Of a DNA stretch of 43,120 nt, positions 12,551-22,537 are shown one piece after another; position 1 is the first letter of the stretch, and each line of letters starts with the position of its first letter. The notes beneath the pieces were generated by a model that made no database searches, was not told the DNA's origin, and saw nothing but the letters and a program-made list of their open reading frames with translations. The position numbers and the translations under genes were made by a program. Source of the DNA: an uncultured Anaeroarcus sp. (GTDB lineage Bacteria; Bacillota; Negativicutes; Anaeromusales; Anaeromusaceae); assembly GCA_964551055.1 (NCBI GenBank), contig CAZKCR010000002.1, positions 1-43,120 of the forward strand, read 5' to 3'.

Positions 12551-13171
12551 ATGGAAATTATTCAACTGCCTGTAGGGCCTTTGGGTACCAACTGCTATAT
12601 TGTAATCAGCAAGGATGAGCATGTGGCGATGGTCATTGATCCCGGAGGAAACGGCGCTGATATTTTGCGTATTCTTCGTGAAAAAAATGCCGCTTTAACT
12701 TATATTATTAATACCCATGGGCATGCAGACCATATTGCGGCTAACGGTATTTTAGCGGAAGCTAGCAGCGCGTCTGTGTTGATTCACGAAGCTGACGCCG
12801 CGATGTTGACAAGCCCGCACCGCAATCTTTCGACCTTTATCGGTGATGCGGTTATTTTAAAACCAGCCGACTCGTTTCTCAAAGCAGGCGACGTAGTAAC
12901 GCTGGGCTCGCTTTCTTTTACCATTTTAGAAACGCCAGGTCATACGCCGGGGGGCATCAGTCTGTACGGCGAAGGCGTTTTATTTAGCGGCGATACGCTT
13001 TTTGCAGAATCAGTGGGGCGAACTGATTTTCCCGGTGGTTCGCATCAACAATTGCTGGCAAGTATTCAAGAACAGCTTTTTGCATTGCCTGCGGAAACCA
13101 AAGTGTTACCGGGTCATGGCCCCAGCACGACCATCGGCTGGGAAAAAGAGCATAACCCGTTTATTTTTTAG
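12551..13171 (+). CDS. MBL-fold metallo-hydrolase (glyoxalase II/YcbL-like)
   Basis: THGHADH, TPGHTPG, SGDTLF, GRTDFPGG, PGHG motifs. Confidence 0.92.
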   Translation: MEIIQLPVGPLGTNCYIVISKDEHVAMVIDPGGNGADILRILREKNAALTYIINTHGHADHIAANGILAEASSASVLIHEADAAMLTSPHRNLSTFIGDAVILKPADSFLKAGDVVTLGSLSFTILETPGHTPGGISLYGEGVLFSGDTLFAESVGRTDFPGGSHQQLLASIQEQLFALPAETKVLPGHGPSTTIGWEKEHNPFIF

Positions 13172-13198
13172 GCAAACAGCCGAAAGGGTGTGGAGTTT

Positions 13199-13648
13199 AT
13201 GCAACTTGATATGATTGATGTGCGAAAAACCTTTCGCGAGCGGCAGTACAAACTGACGCCGCAAAGACAAATTATTTTACAAGCCTTTCTGAATCATCAA
13301 GATGAACATCTTTGCGCGGAAGACGTTCATCAGATTGTACGCCGCGAAGCGCCGGAAATTGGTTTGGCTACGGTTTATCGCACGCTGGACTTACTAAGCG
13401 AACTGGATCTATTGCAAAAAATGGATTTTGGAGACGGTCGCAGCCGCTATGAAATCAACGGTCCCGACACGGGTCATCATCATCATCATTTAATCTGTGT
13501 TTCTTGCGGTAAAGTGAAGGAATTTGAAGACGATCTTCTGGATTCTTTGGAAGAAGTCATTTCTGAGCGCAGTAAGTTCCAGATTGTTGATCATCAGGTC
13601 AAGTTTTACGGTTATTGCCAGGAGTGCCAGAAAAAGAATGACGCTTGA
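13199..13648 (+). CDS. fur: Fur-family transcriptional regulator
   Basis: LTPQRQIIL, IGLATVYRTL, HHHHHLICVSCG, FYGYCQEC. Start uncertain (13199 or 13211). Confidence 0.9.
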   Translation: MQLDMIDVRKTFRERQYKLTPQRQIILQAFLNHQDEHLCAEDVHQIVRREAPEIGLATVYRTLDLLSELDLLQKMDFGDGRSRYEINGPDTGHHHHHLICVSCGKVKEFEDDLLDSLEEVISERSKFQIVDHQVKFYGYCQECQKKNDA

Positions 13649-15110
13649 AGGATATATTCGTACAACAGCAGACCAAGGAGATGACCGCGCCGTACAGGAT
13701 GTAATGAGCCTGTACGGTATTCCTCTTGTTAAGGAAGCTGCTGCCAACACTTTGATCGTAGGCAGCGAAATACTGCCGGGACGGGTGGTTACGTCTCTTA
13801 CTTGGCAGGGGAAAACGTGGCAAGAAATTCATGAAATCGTTTTTTTTCATGCCCAGGATCGAGCTGCGCCTGGGCGGGTAGTGCGCCGTAACCTGGCTTT
13901 ATTGCTGGAACAGGCAGTGCAACTGCCTCGAGGTTCCTGGGGGATACTGCGCGGCGTTCGCCCGGGGAAGATTGTGCGGCGTCTTTTCGATGAAGGGTAT
14001 ACAGAAGCAGAGATTGCTTCGATTTTTGAACGGGAATACTTGGCAGCACCGGAAAAAACGGCCTTGCTGTTGGAAATTGCTTTGCGGCAACGAGCCATCT
14101 TGCCGCCGGAAACGCCCCGTTCTGTTGGCGTTTATGTGGGAATTCCATTTTGCCCCAGTCGCTGCTTGTATTGTTCTTTTCCGTCTTTTGTATTGCCTCC
14201 GCAGGAAAAACTGCAGCTTTTTATGCAAGCTCTTAAGGCGGATATTGTGAGCGCAGGGCGTTTGTTGCGTCAACTGAATTTGCAAATGGAAACCCTCTAT
14301 ATCGGCGGCGGTACGCCCACGAGTTTGCCTGCCAAGGAACTGGAACAATTGCTTTTCTGGATTCAGGAGCACTTGGGCAAACCGCAATTAGGCGAGTGGA
14401 CAGTGGAAGCCGGACGTCCGGACAGCCTGAATACAGAAAAAATTGATGTCCTTAAGCGCTTTCCTGTTTCGCGTTTGAGCTTAAATCCGCAATCAATGCA
14501 GGAAAAAACACTGCAAAGGATTGGACGGAAGCATAGTATACAGGATATAATAGAAATGTTCGCCTCTTTGCGGCAAAACGGTTTTCGCAATATAAACATG
14601 GATATTATTCTGGGATTGCCTGGTGAAACGCCAGCTGATGTGCAGCATACGCTGCAGGAAATTGCTAAACTTTCTCCAGAAAGCCTGACCGTTCATACGT
14701 TGGCTCTCAAACGTGGTTCCGCCTTGGCGGAAAAGTTGCTTTTGCAGGAAGATGTCCCTTTGCCTGATGCCTCCGCGGTAGCTGAGATGATAAAAAAATC
14801 GCAAAATGCTGCTAGAGCTATGGGGATGGCGCCGTACTATCTTTACCGTCAAAAGCAAATGGCAGGGCAGTTTGAAAATATAGGCTACGCCAAAGAGGGA
14901 AGCGAATGCGCCTATAATATCCGCGTTATTGAAGAGCGACAAAGCATCTTAGGGATTGGCCCTCATGCAACAAGTAAAATTGTTGAATCGGACGGTTATC
15001 GTCTGCATAATTGTTTTCATGCCAAGCAGGTAGACTGCTATATACGCGATATCGATCGCTACATTGCAAACCGCGAAGACGCGTTTAGGCGTCTTGCGGG
15101 AAGGGAGTGA
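13638..15110 (+). CDS. hemZ: HemZ-like radical SAM protein (HemN family)
   Basis: WGILRGVRPGK N-domain, GIPFCPSRCLYCSF, YIGGGTPT, EAGRPDS, PYYLYRQK. Start ATG 13638 overlaps fur. Confidence 0.88.
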   Translation: MTLEGYIRTTADQGDDRAVQDVMSLYGIPLVKEAAANTLIVGSEILPGRVVTSLTWQGKTWQEIHEIVFFHAQDRAAPGRVVRRNLALLLEQAVQLPRGSWGILRGVRPGKIVRRLFDEGYTEAEIASIFEREYLAAPEKTALLLEIALRQRAILPPETPRSVGVYVGIPFCPSRCLYCSFPSFVLPPQEKLQLFMQALKADIVSAGRLLRQLNLQMETLYIGGGTPTSLPAKELEQLLFWIQEHLGKPQLGEWTVEAGRPDSLNTEKIDVLKRFPVSRLSLNPQSMQEKTLQRIGRKHSIQDIIEMFASLRQNGFRNINMDIILGLPGETPADVQHTLQEIAKLSPESLTVHTLALKRGSALAEKLLLQEDVPLPDASAVAEMIKKSQNAARAMGMAPYYLYRQKQMAGQFENIGYAKEGSECAYNIRVIEERQSILGIGPHATSKIVESDGYRLHNCFHAKQVDCYIRDIDRYIANREDAFRRLAGRE

Positions 15111-16384
15111 CCAATTTGCTGACAAGCGCACCTCGAGGTACCAAAGATATTTTGCCTGCGGCCAGCGCACAATGGCAAGAACTAGAAAAAACCATACGCC
15201 AGTTGTGCAGCCGTTTTGGCTACCAGGAGATTCGTACGCCGGTTTTCGAACATACGGAGCTGTTCATTCGAGGCATTGGCGAAACTACCGATGTGGTAGA
15301 AAAGGAAATGTACACCTTTACCGACCGCGGTGAGCGTAGCCTGACGCTGCGTCCGGAGAATACGGCTTCTGTCGTGCGGGCTTATTTGGAGAACAAATTG
15401 TATGGCGAAGCCGAACAGCCTACAAAGCTGTTTTACATGGGCCCTATGTTTCGCTATGATCGTCCTCAAGCAGGCCGTTATCGCCAATTTCATCAATTTG
15501 GCGTAGAAGTTCTCGGCGCAGCAGCGCCAGCGGTGGATGCCGAAGCCATTGCTTTAGCCATGCAGCTTTTTCAAGGCCTAGGGCTTACAGAACTCACTTT
15601 GTTCATTAACTCAGTGGGCTGCCCGACGTGTCGTCCGGCTTATCGAGAACAGTTGCAAAGCTATTTGCGGCCGCATTTGGATTCGTTGTGTCCTGACTGC
15701 AAAAGTCGCTTTGATCGCAATCCAATGCGCATTTTGGACTGCAAAAACGAAGCTTGCCGTAAGGCCAGTCAAGGGGCGCCGCAAATGCTGGACTGTCTCT
15801 GTTCAGAGTGCCATGATCATTTTGCCGGCTTAAAAACGCTGCTGGAAGCTGCAGATATTTCGTATATCATCAACACGAACCTGGTGCGAGGCCTTGACTA
15901 TTACACAAAAACCGCTTTTGAAATTCAGTATGCTCCTTTGGGAGCGCAAAGTGCCGTCTGCGGCGGTGGCCGCTATGACGGGCTTGTGGCCCAGTGCGGC
16001 GGTCCGGATACGCCAGGTATCGGTTTTGCCGTTGGCTTGGAACGGTTGTTATTGGCGCTTGAAAAGCAGGAGCTGCTTCCGGCTGCCAAGCGGCATAGCG
16101 ATGTGTTTATCGCTCCTTTGGGACAAGAACAAACGCCGATGGCTTTTGCGCTATTGCTGCAATTGCGCAAAGAAGGTTTGACTGCGGATATGGATTTTTT
16201 AGGACGCAGCTTGAAGGCGCAACTCAAACAGGCTAATCGTCAGAAGGCGCGCTTTGCGCTGCTCCTGGGCGAGGAAGAATGCGCCAGCCAGCGGGTGCAG
16301 TTGAAAGATTTGGAAACCGGCGACCAGCGTTTAGTAAGTGCCCAAGAGGCAATTGACGCTATAAAAGAAGAGATGGGGGAATAA
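15107..16384 (+). CDS. hisS: Histidine--tRNA ligase
   Basis: [48 protein letters not shown]. Confidence 0.98.
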   Translation: MTNLLTSAPRGTKDILPAASAQWQELEKTIRQLCSRFGYQEIRTPVFEHTELFIRGIGETTDVVEKEMYTFTDRGERSLTLRPENTASVVRAYLENKLYGEAEQPTKLFYMGPMFRYDRPQAGRYRQFHQFGVEVLGAAAPAVDAEAIALAMQLFQGLGLTELTLFINSVGCPTCRPAYREQLQSYLRPHLDSLCPDCKSRFDRNPMRILDCKNEACRKASQGAPQMLDCLCSECHDHFAGLKTLLEAADISYIINTNLVRGLDYYTKTAFEIQYAPLGAQSAVCGGGRYDGLVAQCGGPDTPGIGFAVGLERLLLALEKQELLPAAKRHSDVFIAPLGQEQTPMAFALLLQLRKEGLTADMDFLGRSLKAQLKQANRQKARFALLLGEEECASQRVQLKDLETGDQRLVSAQEAIDAIKEEMGE

Positions 16385-16389
16385 GCAAT

Positions 16390-18180
16390 ATGTTAGATAC
16401 AATGGCAGGCTGGGTGCGCACACACAGCTGTAATGATTTACGGGCAGATCACCAGGGTCAGGAAGTTATCCTTTGCGGCTGGGCCGCTAGACGTCGCGAC
16501 CACGGCGGCTTGATCTTCGTGGACCTCCGGGATCGCTCCGGTATGGTTCAATTGGTTTTTGCACCGGAAGTCGGCGAAGAGGCTTTTCGCAAAGCGGAAA
16601 CCGTGCGTTCCGAGTTCGTTTTAGCCGTCAAGGGCGAAGTACGCAACCGGGATGAGGCAACCGTTAATTCCAATATGGATACAGGCGCTATTGAAGTATT
16701 CTGCCGGGAACTGCGCATTCTCAATGCCGCTAAGACGCCACCGTTCTACATCCAAGATGATGTAGATGTTGATGAAATGGTGCGTTTGAAATATCGTTAT
16801 TTGGATCTGCGTCGGCCGGAAATGCAGCGCAATTTAATGCTGCGTCATCGCGTGACTAAAGCCATGCGCGACTTTTTTGACAATCAGGGCTTTTGTGAAG
16901 TGGAAACGCCCATGTTGACCAAAAGTTCTCCCGAAGGTGCTCGAGATTACCTTGTGCCCAGTCGTGTAAATCCAGGTCGCTTTTATGCGCTGCCGCAGTC
17001 GCCGCAGTTGTTCAAGCAATTGCTGATGGTAGCCGGCATGGAGAAGTATTTCCAGATCGTACGCTGCTTCCGTGATGAAGATTTGCGCGCCGATCGCCAG
17101 CCGGAATTTACCCAGTTGGACGTGGAGATGTCCTTCATTGACAGAGAACAAATTCTGTCGATGATGGAGGGCCTGGTAGCCCATCTTTTCGAAGAAGCCC
17201 TGGGTGAAACTATTACAACTCCCATGCTGCGCATGACATATGACGAGGCTATGAGCCGTTACGGCTCGGATAAGCCGGATTTACGCTTTGAGATGGAGCT
17301 TATTAACGTATCTGACGTTGTGCGCGGTTCGAACTTCAAGGTCTTCGAAAGCGTACTGCAAAATGGCGGACAGGTTAAAGCCATTAACGTCAAAGGCTAT
17401 GCTGGCATTCCTCGCCGCGAGCTGGACGGCTTAGTGGATTTTGTGGCTCCTTACGGCGCCAAAGGTCTCGCTTGGATGTGTTTTCAAGCAGACGGCATTA
17501 AATCGCCAATCGCCAAATTCTTCAGCGAAGACATGCTGGCCGAGTTGGCCAAAACTACGGGCGCCGTCGAGGGTGATTTGCTGCTAATGGTAGCGGACAA
17601 GCCGTCCGTTGTAGCCAATGCCTTGGGGCATCTGCGCTTGGAAATGGCGAAACGCCTTAATTTGATTGACGAAAATAAGCTCTGCTTCCTGTGGGTCGTT
17701 GACTTCCCGATGTTTGAGTACGATGAGGAAGAAAAACGCTGGGTAGCGATGCATCATCCCTTCACCTCGCCTCGGGATGAAGATATGGAGTTCTTAGAAA
17801 GCGATCCCGGTCGTATTTATGCGAAGGCCTACGATATGGTGCTCAACGGCACGGAAATTGGCGGCGGCAGCATTCGTATTTACCAACGTCCGATCCAGGA
17901 AAAAGTATTCAAAGCCATTGGTTTGACGCCAGAGGAAGCATATAGCAAATTCGGATATCTCTTAGATGCTTTTGAGTATGGCACTCCGCCGCATGGCGGC
18001 ATTGCTTTCGGCTTGGATCGCCTGGTAATGCTCATGGCTAAACGGCCGTCCATCCGAGACGTTATCGCTTTCCCGAAAACGCAAAGCGCCAGCTGCGCGA
18101 TGACCCAAGCGCCTAGCGACGTGTCTGAACGGCAACTGCGCGAATTGCATATTAAGTCCACCTTTATTGCTAAAAACTAA
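16390..18180 (+). CDS. aspS: Aspartate--tRNA ligase
   Basis: [56 protein letters not shown]. Confidence 0.98.
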   Translation: MLDTMAGWVRTHSCNDLRADHQGQEVILCGWAARRRDHGGLIFVDLRDRSGMVQLVFAPEVGEEAFRKAETVRSEFVLAVKGEVRNRDEATVNSNMDTGAIEVFCRELRILNAAKTPPFYIQDDVDVDEMVRLKYRYLDLRRPEMQRNLMLRHRVTKAMRDFFDNQGFCEVETPMLTKSSPEGARDYLVPSRVNPGRFYALPQSPQLFKQLLMVAGMEKYFQIVRCFRDEDLRADRQPEFTQLDVEMSFIDREQILSMMEGLVAHLFEEALGETITTPMLRMTYDEAMSRYGSDKPDLRFEMELINVSDVVRGSNFKVFESVLQNGGQVKAINVKGYAGIPRRELDGLVDFVAPYGAKGLAWMCFQADGIKSPIAKFFSEDMLAELAKTTGAVEGDLLLMVADKPSVVANALGHLRLEMAKRLNLIDENKLCFLWVVDFPMFEYDEEEKRWVAMHHPFTSPRDEDMEFLESDPGRIYAKAYDMVLNGTEIGGGSIRIYQRPIQEKVFKAIGLTPEEAYSKFGYLLDAFEYGTPPHGGIAFGLDRLVMLMAKRPSIRDVIAFPKTQSASCAMTQAPSDVSERQLRELHIKSTFIAKN

Positions 18181-18232
18181 GACTGCTCACTCTTTGCTCA
18201 AGGCTTCAAAGCGCAGAAAACCTAGGCGGCAC

Positions 18233-18261
18233 TTGCCAAATACCGATAATTCTGCTATTAT
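18233..18261 (+). promoter_or_regulatory. Sigma-A promoter of 6S RNA
   Basis: TTGCCA-17 nt-TATTAT with extended TG element (TGcTATTAT). Confidence 0.65.
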
Positions 18262-18284
18262 GAAGTTGAAGAAAAGAGCACTAA

Positions 18285-18466
18285 TTTTAACCCGACTGTG
18301 TGCGTATGCTGCCTGGTATGTTTTGAGCCAACACTTTTACAACGGGAGTCCGGTCTCTGAATAAGACGTGCAGGCCCTTTACGGGGATCCATTGATTTTT
18401 CAGGAGGACACCCACCTGCTAACGCAGGTTCAAAACTAGTGGGCGAGACGGCATGGTGGGGTTAGT
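18285..18466 (+). ncRNA. ssrS: 6S RNA (ssrS/bsrA-like)
   Basis: About 180 nt between aspS and tcdA, where B. subtilis bsrA sits. Closing stem TAACCC.../...GGGGTTA, internal TTTTGAGCC pairing with GGTTCAAAA, and GGGAG / CCCACCTG segments typical of Bacillota 6S. Ends approximate. Confidence 0.88.
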
Positions 18467-18487
18467 TTTTTCGCATAGCAATTTTTT

Positions 18488-18515
18488 AGACTCGACAATT
18501 TTGTCGAGTCTTTTT
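18488..18515 (+). terminator. Intrinsic terminator after 6S RNA
   Basis: AGACTCGACAA-tt-TTGTCGAGTCT followed by a T run. Confidence 0.85.
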
Positions 18516-18570
18516 ACCTATTATGAGAACTATATGTTGTCTTTATATTATGCAGGAGGTTTCTTTAAAC

Positions 18571-19287
18571 ATGCATCGTTTTTCACGTACCGAAATGCTT
18601 ATAGGCTCTCAAGGCTTACAGACTCTGCAAAATTCCGCTGTAGCTGTTTTTGGCGTCGGCGGTGTTGGGTCCTTTGCCGTAGAAGCCTTGGCGCGAGCGG
18701 GTATTGGCCAATTGACGTTGATTGACCATGATGTGGTCAGTCTGACAAATTTAAATCGTCAACTTCCGGCGCTATCAAGCACTATCGGTCAGCCCAAAGC
18801 CTCTGTGCTGAAGGAACGAATTTTAGACATCAATCCAGACTGCCAGGTAGAAGTCATTCAAGAAGCTTATGGAGAAGAAAAGCAAGACTGGCTGCAGCCT
18901 GAACGCTGGAATTTTATTGTGGATGCCATCGATTCGATGGATGCTAAAATTGACTTGCTTGTACGCGCTCATCGTCTCGGCATACCCATTGTATCAAGCA
19001 TGGGAGCTGGCAATAAACTGGATCCCGAGGCGTTTCACATTGTGGATATTGCTAAAACTCATACTTGTCCTATGGCCAGAAACGTCAGACGTCTTTTAAA
19101 ACAACAAGGAATTACCAAAGGAATTCCTGTGGTGTTTTCTACGGAAAAACCTTTTACACCGGCTGAAGCCGAACCGGAAGAAGCGCATTTACGCCGACAG
19201 GTACCAGGAAGTATTTCCTTTGTTCCCTCTACGGCAGGACTCTTATTGGCTGGCTATGTAGTGCGCTCTTTGCTGCGCTTAGCCTAG
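18571..19287 (+). CDS. tcdA: tRNA threonylcarbamoyladenosine dehydratase TcdA (ThiF family)
   Basis: GVGGVGSFAVEALARAG, TNLNRQ, VDAID, SSMGAGNKLDP, PGSISFVP; ATG 18571 after GGAGGT. Confidence 0.92.
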   Translation: MHRFSRTEMLIGSQGLQTLQNSAVAVFGVGGVGSFAVEALARAGIGQLTLIDHDVVSLTNLNRQLPALSSTIGQPKASVLKERILDINPDCQVEVIQEAYGEEKQDWLQPERWNFIVDAIDSMDAKIDLLVRAHRLGIPIVSSMGAGNKLDPEAFHIVDIAKTHTCPMARNVRRLLKQQGITKGIPVVFSTEKPFTPAEAEPEEAHLRRQVPGSISFVPSTAGLLLAGYVVRSLLRLA

Positions 19288-19307
19288 GAACAAAGGGGGC
19301 CTTTACT

Positions 19308-20678
19308 TTGGATTTATTCTCATTAGCAGAAGAAAAGAACGCTACCCGGAAGCCTCTAGCTGTACGCATGCGTCCGCAAAACCTATCCGATTTGGCAGGA
19401 CAGGATCATATTCTCGGTGTTGACTCCTTTTTAAGGCGTATGATTCAAGCGGATACGCTGCCTAGTTTGGTTTTATACGGTCCTTCTGGTACTGGCAAGA
19501 CTACGTTGGCCGAGCTGATCGCCTCTACTACCGGCGCGGTTTTTGAACGCCTGAATGCGGTAACTGCAGGCACGGCGGATTTGCGCAAAGAACTGACGGC
19601 AGCTCAGGAGCGGCGCCAACTCTATGGCAAAGCTACCATTCTTTTTGTCGATGAGTTTCATCGTTTTAACAAAGCCCAGCAAGATGTGCTGCTGCCTTAT
19701 GTTGAGGATGGCCGAATCACGCTGATCGGCGCTACGACGGAAAATCCTTATTTTGAAATCAACGGCCCTTTGCTTTCACGCATGCGGGTCTTGCGTTTGA
19801 AGCCGTTGACGCCTGAGCAGCTGGAGACTCTTCTTAAACGGGCTTTGCAAGATGAAGAGAACGGTCTGGGTAAGAGAAGGTTACAAGGGGAAGCTTCTTT
19901 TTGGAATGGTATTAGCGGTTTAGCTGGCGGTGACGCACGTACGGCGCTGAATCTTCTAGAGCAATGCGCTGCCATGGTAGAGGATGGGGAAACCCTGACT
20001 TTAGGGGTGCTGGAAAAAGTTGCCGATGAAAAGCTGCAGCGTTTTGACAAAAACGGCGATGCTCATTACGATACAGTATCCGCGTTTATTAAGAGCATGC
20101 GCGGCTCCGATCCGGATGCGGCAGTGCATTATCTGGCGCGGCTGTTGGCGGCAGGAGAGGATTTGCAATTCATTGCGAGGCGTATTGTAATTTGTGCGGC
20201 TGAAGACGTGGGTAACGCGGATCCCCAAGCGTTGGTGCTGGCGATGGCTGCGGCTGAGGCGGCGCGTTTCGTCGGTCTTCCGGAAGCGCGCATTCCTCTA
20301 GCGCAGGCGGTTGTCTATATTGCAACAGCCCCTAAGAGCAATGCCTCTTATTTAGCGATTGATGCAGCCTTGAGTGATGTGCGTCACCAGGAATGCGGCA
20401 GCATTCCGCTGCATCTGCGGGATGCTCATTATCGCGGCGCCGCTCAATTCGGGCATGGCAAAAATTATCGTTATAGCCATGACTTTCCCGGCCACTGGGT
20501 GGAGCAAGCGTATTTGCCTGAGCCGCTGCAAGGACGCTGTTACTATGAAGCCGCTCCGGGGCCGGAAAAGGTGCGCTGGGATGAGACCATGCGTGGGCAA
20601 AATCGAACAAGAGGTAGTAAGGAACGGAACAAGAGTAACAAAGTAACAGAGGGTACGCAGAGGGATACGAAAAAATAA
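19308..20678 (+). CDS. rarA: Replication-associated recombination protein RarA/MgsA (AAA+)
   Basis: PLAVRMRP, GPSGTGKTT, DEFHRFNKAQQD, GATTENPYF, SAFIKSMRGSDPDAA, EDVGNADP. Confidence 0.96.
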   Translation: MDLFSLAEEKNATRKPLAVRMRPQNLSDLAGQDHILGVDSFLRRMIQADTLPSLVLYGPSGTGKTTLAELIASTTGAVFERLNAVTAGTADLRKELTAAQERRQLYGKATILFVDEFHRFNKAQQDVLLPYVEDGRITLIGATTENPYFEINGPLLSRMRVLRLKPLTPEQLETLLKRALQDEENGLGKRRLQGEASFWNGISGLAGGDARTALNLLEQCAAMVEDGETLTLGVLEKVADEKLQRFDKNGDAHYDTVSAFIKSMRGSDPDAAVHYLARLLAAGEDLQFIARRIVICAAEDVGNADPQALVLAMAAAEAARFVGLPEARIPLAQAVVYIATAPKSNASYLAIDAALSDVRHQECGSIPLHLRDAHYRGAAQFGHGKNYRYSHDFPGHWVEQAYLPEPLQGRCYYEAAPGPEKVRWDETMRGQNRTRGSKERNKSNKVTEGTQRDTKK

Positions 20679-20697
20679 GAGATAGTTGAAAGAAATG
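20598..20697 (+). repeat. Purine-rich low-complexity tract with two GAACAAGAG copies
   Basis: GAACAAGAG at 20605 and 20627; AGTAACA twice; CAGAGGG twice. Related to tracts at 24014-24130 and 43089-43120. Confidence 0.5.
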
Positions 20698-20712
20698 ACG
20701 CCAGCTTAGCTT

Positions 20713-20743
20713 AAAACAACCTCAGATTGGGGTTGTTTTTTTT
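20713..20743 (+). terminator. Intrinsic terminator after rarA
   Basis: AAAACAACCTCA-gat-TGGGGTTGTTTT followed by further Ts. Confidence 0.78.
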
Positions 20744-20770
20744 CTTGTTATTTGCTATAGTAATAACAAA

Positions 20771-20796
20771 TAAAACCAATCGTATTAGTCGGAAAA
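20771..20796 (+). promoter_or_regulatory. Putative IscR/CymR-type operator upstream of the Rrf2 gene
   Basis: TAAAACCAATCGTATTAGTCGGAAAA resembles the Rrf2 box (TAAWNC..A....A....TMGGAA). It lies just downstream of an extended -10 (TGcTATAGT, 20753-20761). Confidence 0.5.
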
Positions 20797-20810
20797 GAAA
20801 GGGGATTGCC

Positions 20811-21254
20811 GTGAAGCTATCAACCAAAGGACGTTATGGCGTATCCGCCATGTACGATTTAGCCGTTCATTACGGACAGGGGCCCATTTCTTTAAAAAAT
20901 GTCGCACAGCGTCAAGAAATCTCCGAGCATTATCTGGAACAGCTTATGGGGACCTTGCGCAAAGCCGGCTTCGTCAAGAGCGTTCGCGGCGCACAAGGCG
21001 GTTACAGCTTAACCAAAACGCCCGAAGAAATTTCGGTAGGTGATATTATTCGGGTTATGGAGGGACCGATCGCTCCGGTTGACTGCCTGCTTTCAGGTAA
21101 AGAGGACAACAAGTATTGCACCAAAGCCTGTACTTGCGTCACCCGCGGCGTATGGGCCAAGGTTGGCGACAGTATTACGCAGGTGTTAGACTCCATCACC
21201 TTGCAGGATTTGTGCAACCAGGTCGAAAATGAGGCAGGAAAACCGCAGCTTTAG
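20811..21254 (+). CDS. iscR: Rrf2-family regulator, IscR-like
   Basis: KLSTKGRYG, HYLEQL, SVRGAQGGY, EGPIAPVDC...C...C.C cysteines; heads iscS-iscU; GTG start after AAGGGG. Confidence 0.85.
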   Translation: MKLSTKGRYGVSAMYDLAVHYGQGPISLKNVAQRQEISEHYLEQLMGTLRKAGFVKSVRGAQGGYSLTKTPEEISVGDIIRVMEGPIAPVDCLLSGKEDNKYCTKACTCVTRGVWAKVGDSITQVLDSITLQDLCNQVENEAGKPQL

Positions 21255-21301
21255 CCTGCGGCTTTATAGGGAAAGGCAATTAAAGGGGAGGCTTTATTCA
21301 C

Positions 21302-22507
21302 ATGAAACAGGTATATTTGGATCATTCTGCAACAACACAGGCTCTGCCGGAAGTGGCAAGACTTGTAAGTCATTATTTAACAGAAGACTTCGGTAATGCA
21401 TCCAGCGTACATGCTTTTGGCCGTACGGCAAGACAAGCTGTTGATGAAGGCCGCCAGCAGGTAGCAGCACTGATCAACGCCCAACCAGGAGAAATCTTCT
21501 TTACCAGCGGCGGTACGGAGTCCGACAACTTAGCCATTAAAGGCATTGCTTCAGCTAACCGTAAAAAAGGCAATCATATTATTACTACGGCCATTGAACA
21601 TCATGCTATTTTGCATCCTTGTGAATATCTGGAAAAACAGGGCTTCCAGGTTACCTACCTGCCGGTAGATGAATTTGGCATGATCCGCTTGGAAGATTTG
21701 CAGCAGGCTATTACGCCGCAGACCATTCTGATTAGTGTTATGTTTGCTAATAACGAAGTAGGAACCATTCAGCCGATTCGTGAAATCGGGAAAATAGCTC
21801 GTGAAAAAGGAATCATTTTCCATACTGACGCGGTTCAGGCAACAGGCAATGTTCCTATTGATGTCGTTGACATGAATATTGATCTATTAACCTTATCCGG
21901 CCATAAACTTCATGGCCCCAAAGGCATCGGCGCTTTATTCATCCGGCGCGGCGTTCGCATTGATGCAGTGCAGCATGGCGGCGGACAAGAACGCAAACTG
22001 CGCCCCGGTACAGAGAATGTTCCCGGCATTGCCGGTTTAGGCAAAGCAGCGGAAGTCGCTAAAGCGGAAATGGCGGACAAAGTAGTTCGGATTGCGGCGC
22101 TGCGCGACCGTCTGATGCGCGGCATTGAAGCACGCATTCCGGAAATTAAATTGAATGGTCATCCGACACAGCGTATGCCCGGCAATGTTAATTACAGCTT
22201 CCGTTATGTAGAAGGCGAATCATTGTTGTTGAGCCTGGATATGAAGGGGATTGCCGCTTCCAGCGGTTCTGCTTGCACTTCCGGCTCCTTGGATCCTTCG
22301 CATGTTCTTTTAGCGATGGGACTCAGCCACGAGATTGCCCACGGTTCGCTACGGCTGACCTTGGGCAGAGGCACTACAGAAGAAGATATTGATTACGTAC
22401 TGGAAGTATTGCCCCCGATCATAGAGCGTCTGCGCAGTATGTCCCCGCTGGCGGCTAATGCAGGCGCCATGTTGGAAAGCAATCCTTGTCAGAAATGTCG
22501 TTCTTAA
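21302..22507 (+). CDS. iscS: Cysteine desulfurase IscS/NifS
   Basis: YLDHSATT, FTSGGTESDN, HTDAVQA, SGHK (PLP lysine), group I motif SSGSACTS. Confidence 0.97.
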   Translation: MKQVYLDHSATTQALPEVARLVSHYLTEDFGNASSVHAFGRTARQAVDEGRQQVAALINAQPGEIFFTSGGTESDNLAIKGIASANRKKGNHIITTAIEHHAILHPCEYLEKQGFQVTYLPVDEFGMIRLEDLQQAITPQTILISVMFANNEVGTIQPIREIGKIAREKGIIFHTDAVQATGNVPIDVVDMNIDLLTLSGHKLHGPKGIGALFIRRGVRIDAVQHGGGQERKLRPGTENVPGIAGLGKAAEVAKAEMADKVVRIAALRDRLMRGIEARIPEIKLNGHPTQRMPGNVNYSFRYVEGESLLLSLDMKGIAASSGSACTSGSLDPSHVLLAMGLSHEIAHGSLRLTLGRGTTEEDIDYVLEVLPPIIERLRSMSPLAANAGAMLESNPCQKCRS

Positions 22508-22537
22508 CGCGCTTTAGTTTGAAAGGAGAACTAAGTC

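Noticed and set aside
13524-13637. Long N-terminal extensions given by the ORF track (hemZ, ireB, iscR, tcdA, YtqB-like, DUF2273, Xaa-Pro peptidase)
   Set aside because: Downstream starts with an RBS or short overlap fit family lengths better. The overlaps look like translational coupling, not frameshifts or pseudogenes.
15618-15815. Cys-rich segment in HisS (and CGPECKLGCDC in AlaS)
   Set aside because: Similar Cys-rich insertions are, from recall, common in clostridial-type HisS and AlaS, so I do not treat them as novel.
18245-18262. Fur-box-like GATAAT...ATTAT upstream of 6S RNA
   Set aside because: Spacing is one base short of the 19-bp Fur box, the centre does not match, and the right half is the -10 element.
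18167-18364. 65-aa ORF after aspS
   Set aside because: It overlaps the 6S promoter and RNA, has no RBS and no recognisable protein features.
20598-20697. CRISPR-like array suggested by short repeats
   Set aside because: Repeats are only 7-9 nt, irregularly spaced, with no spacers of constant length and no cas genes.
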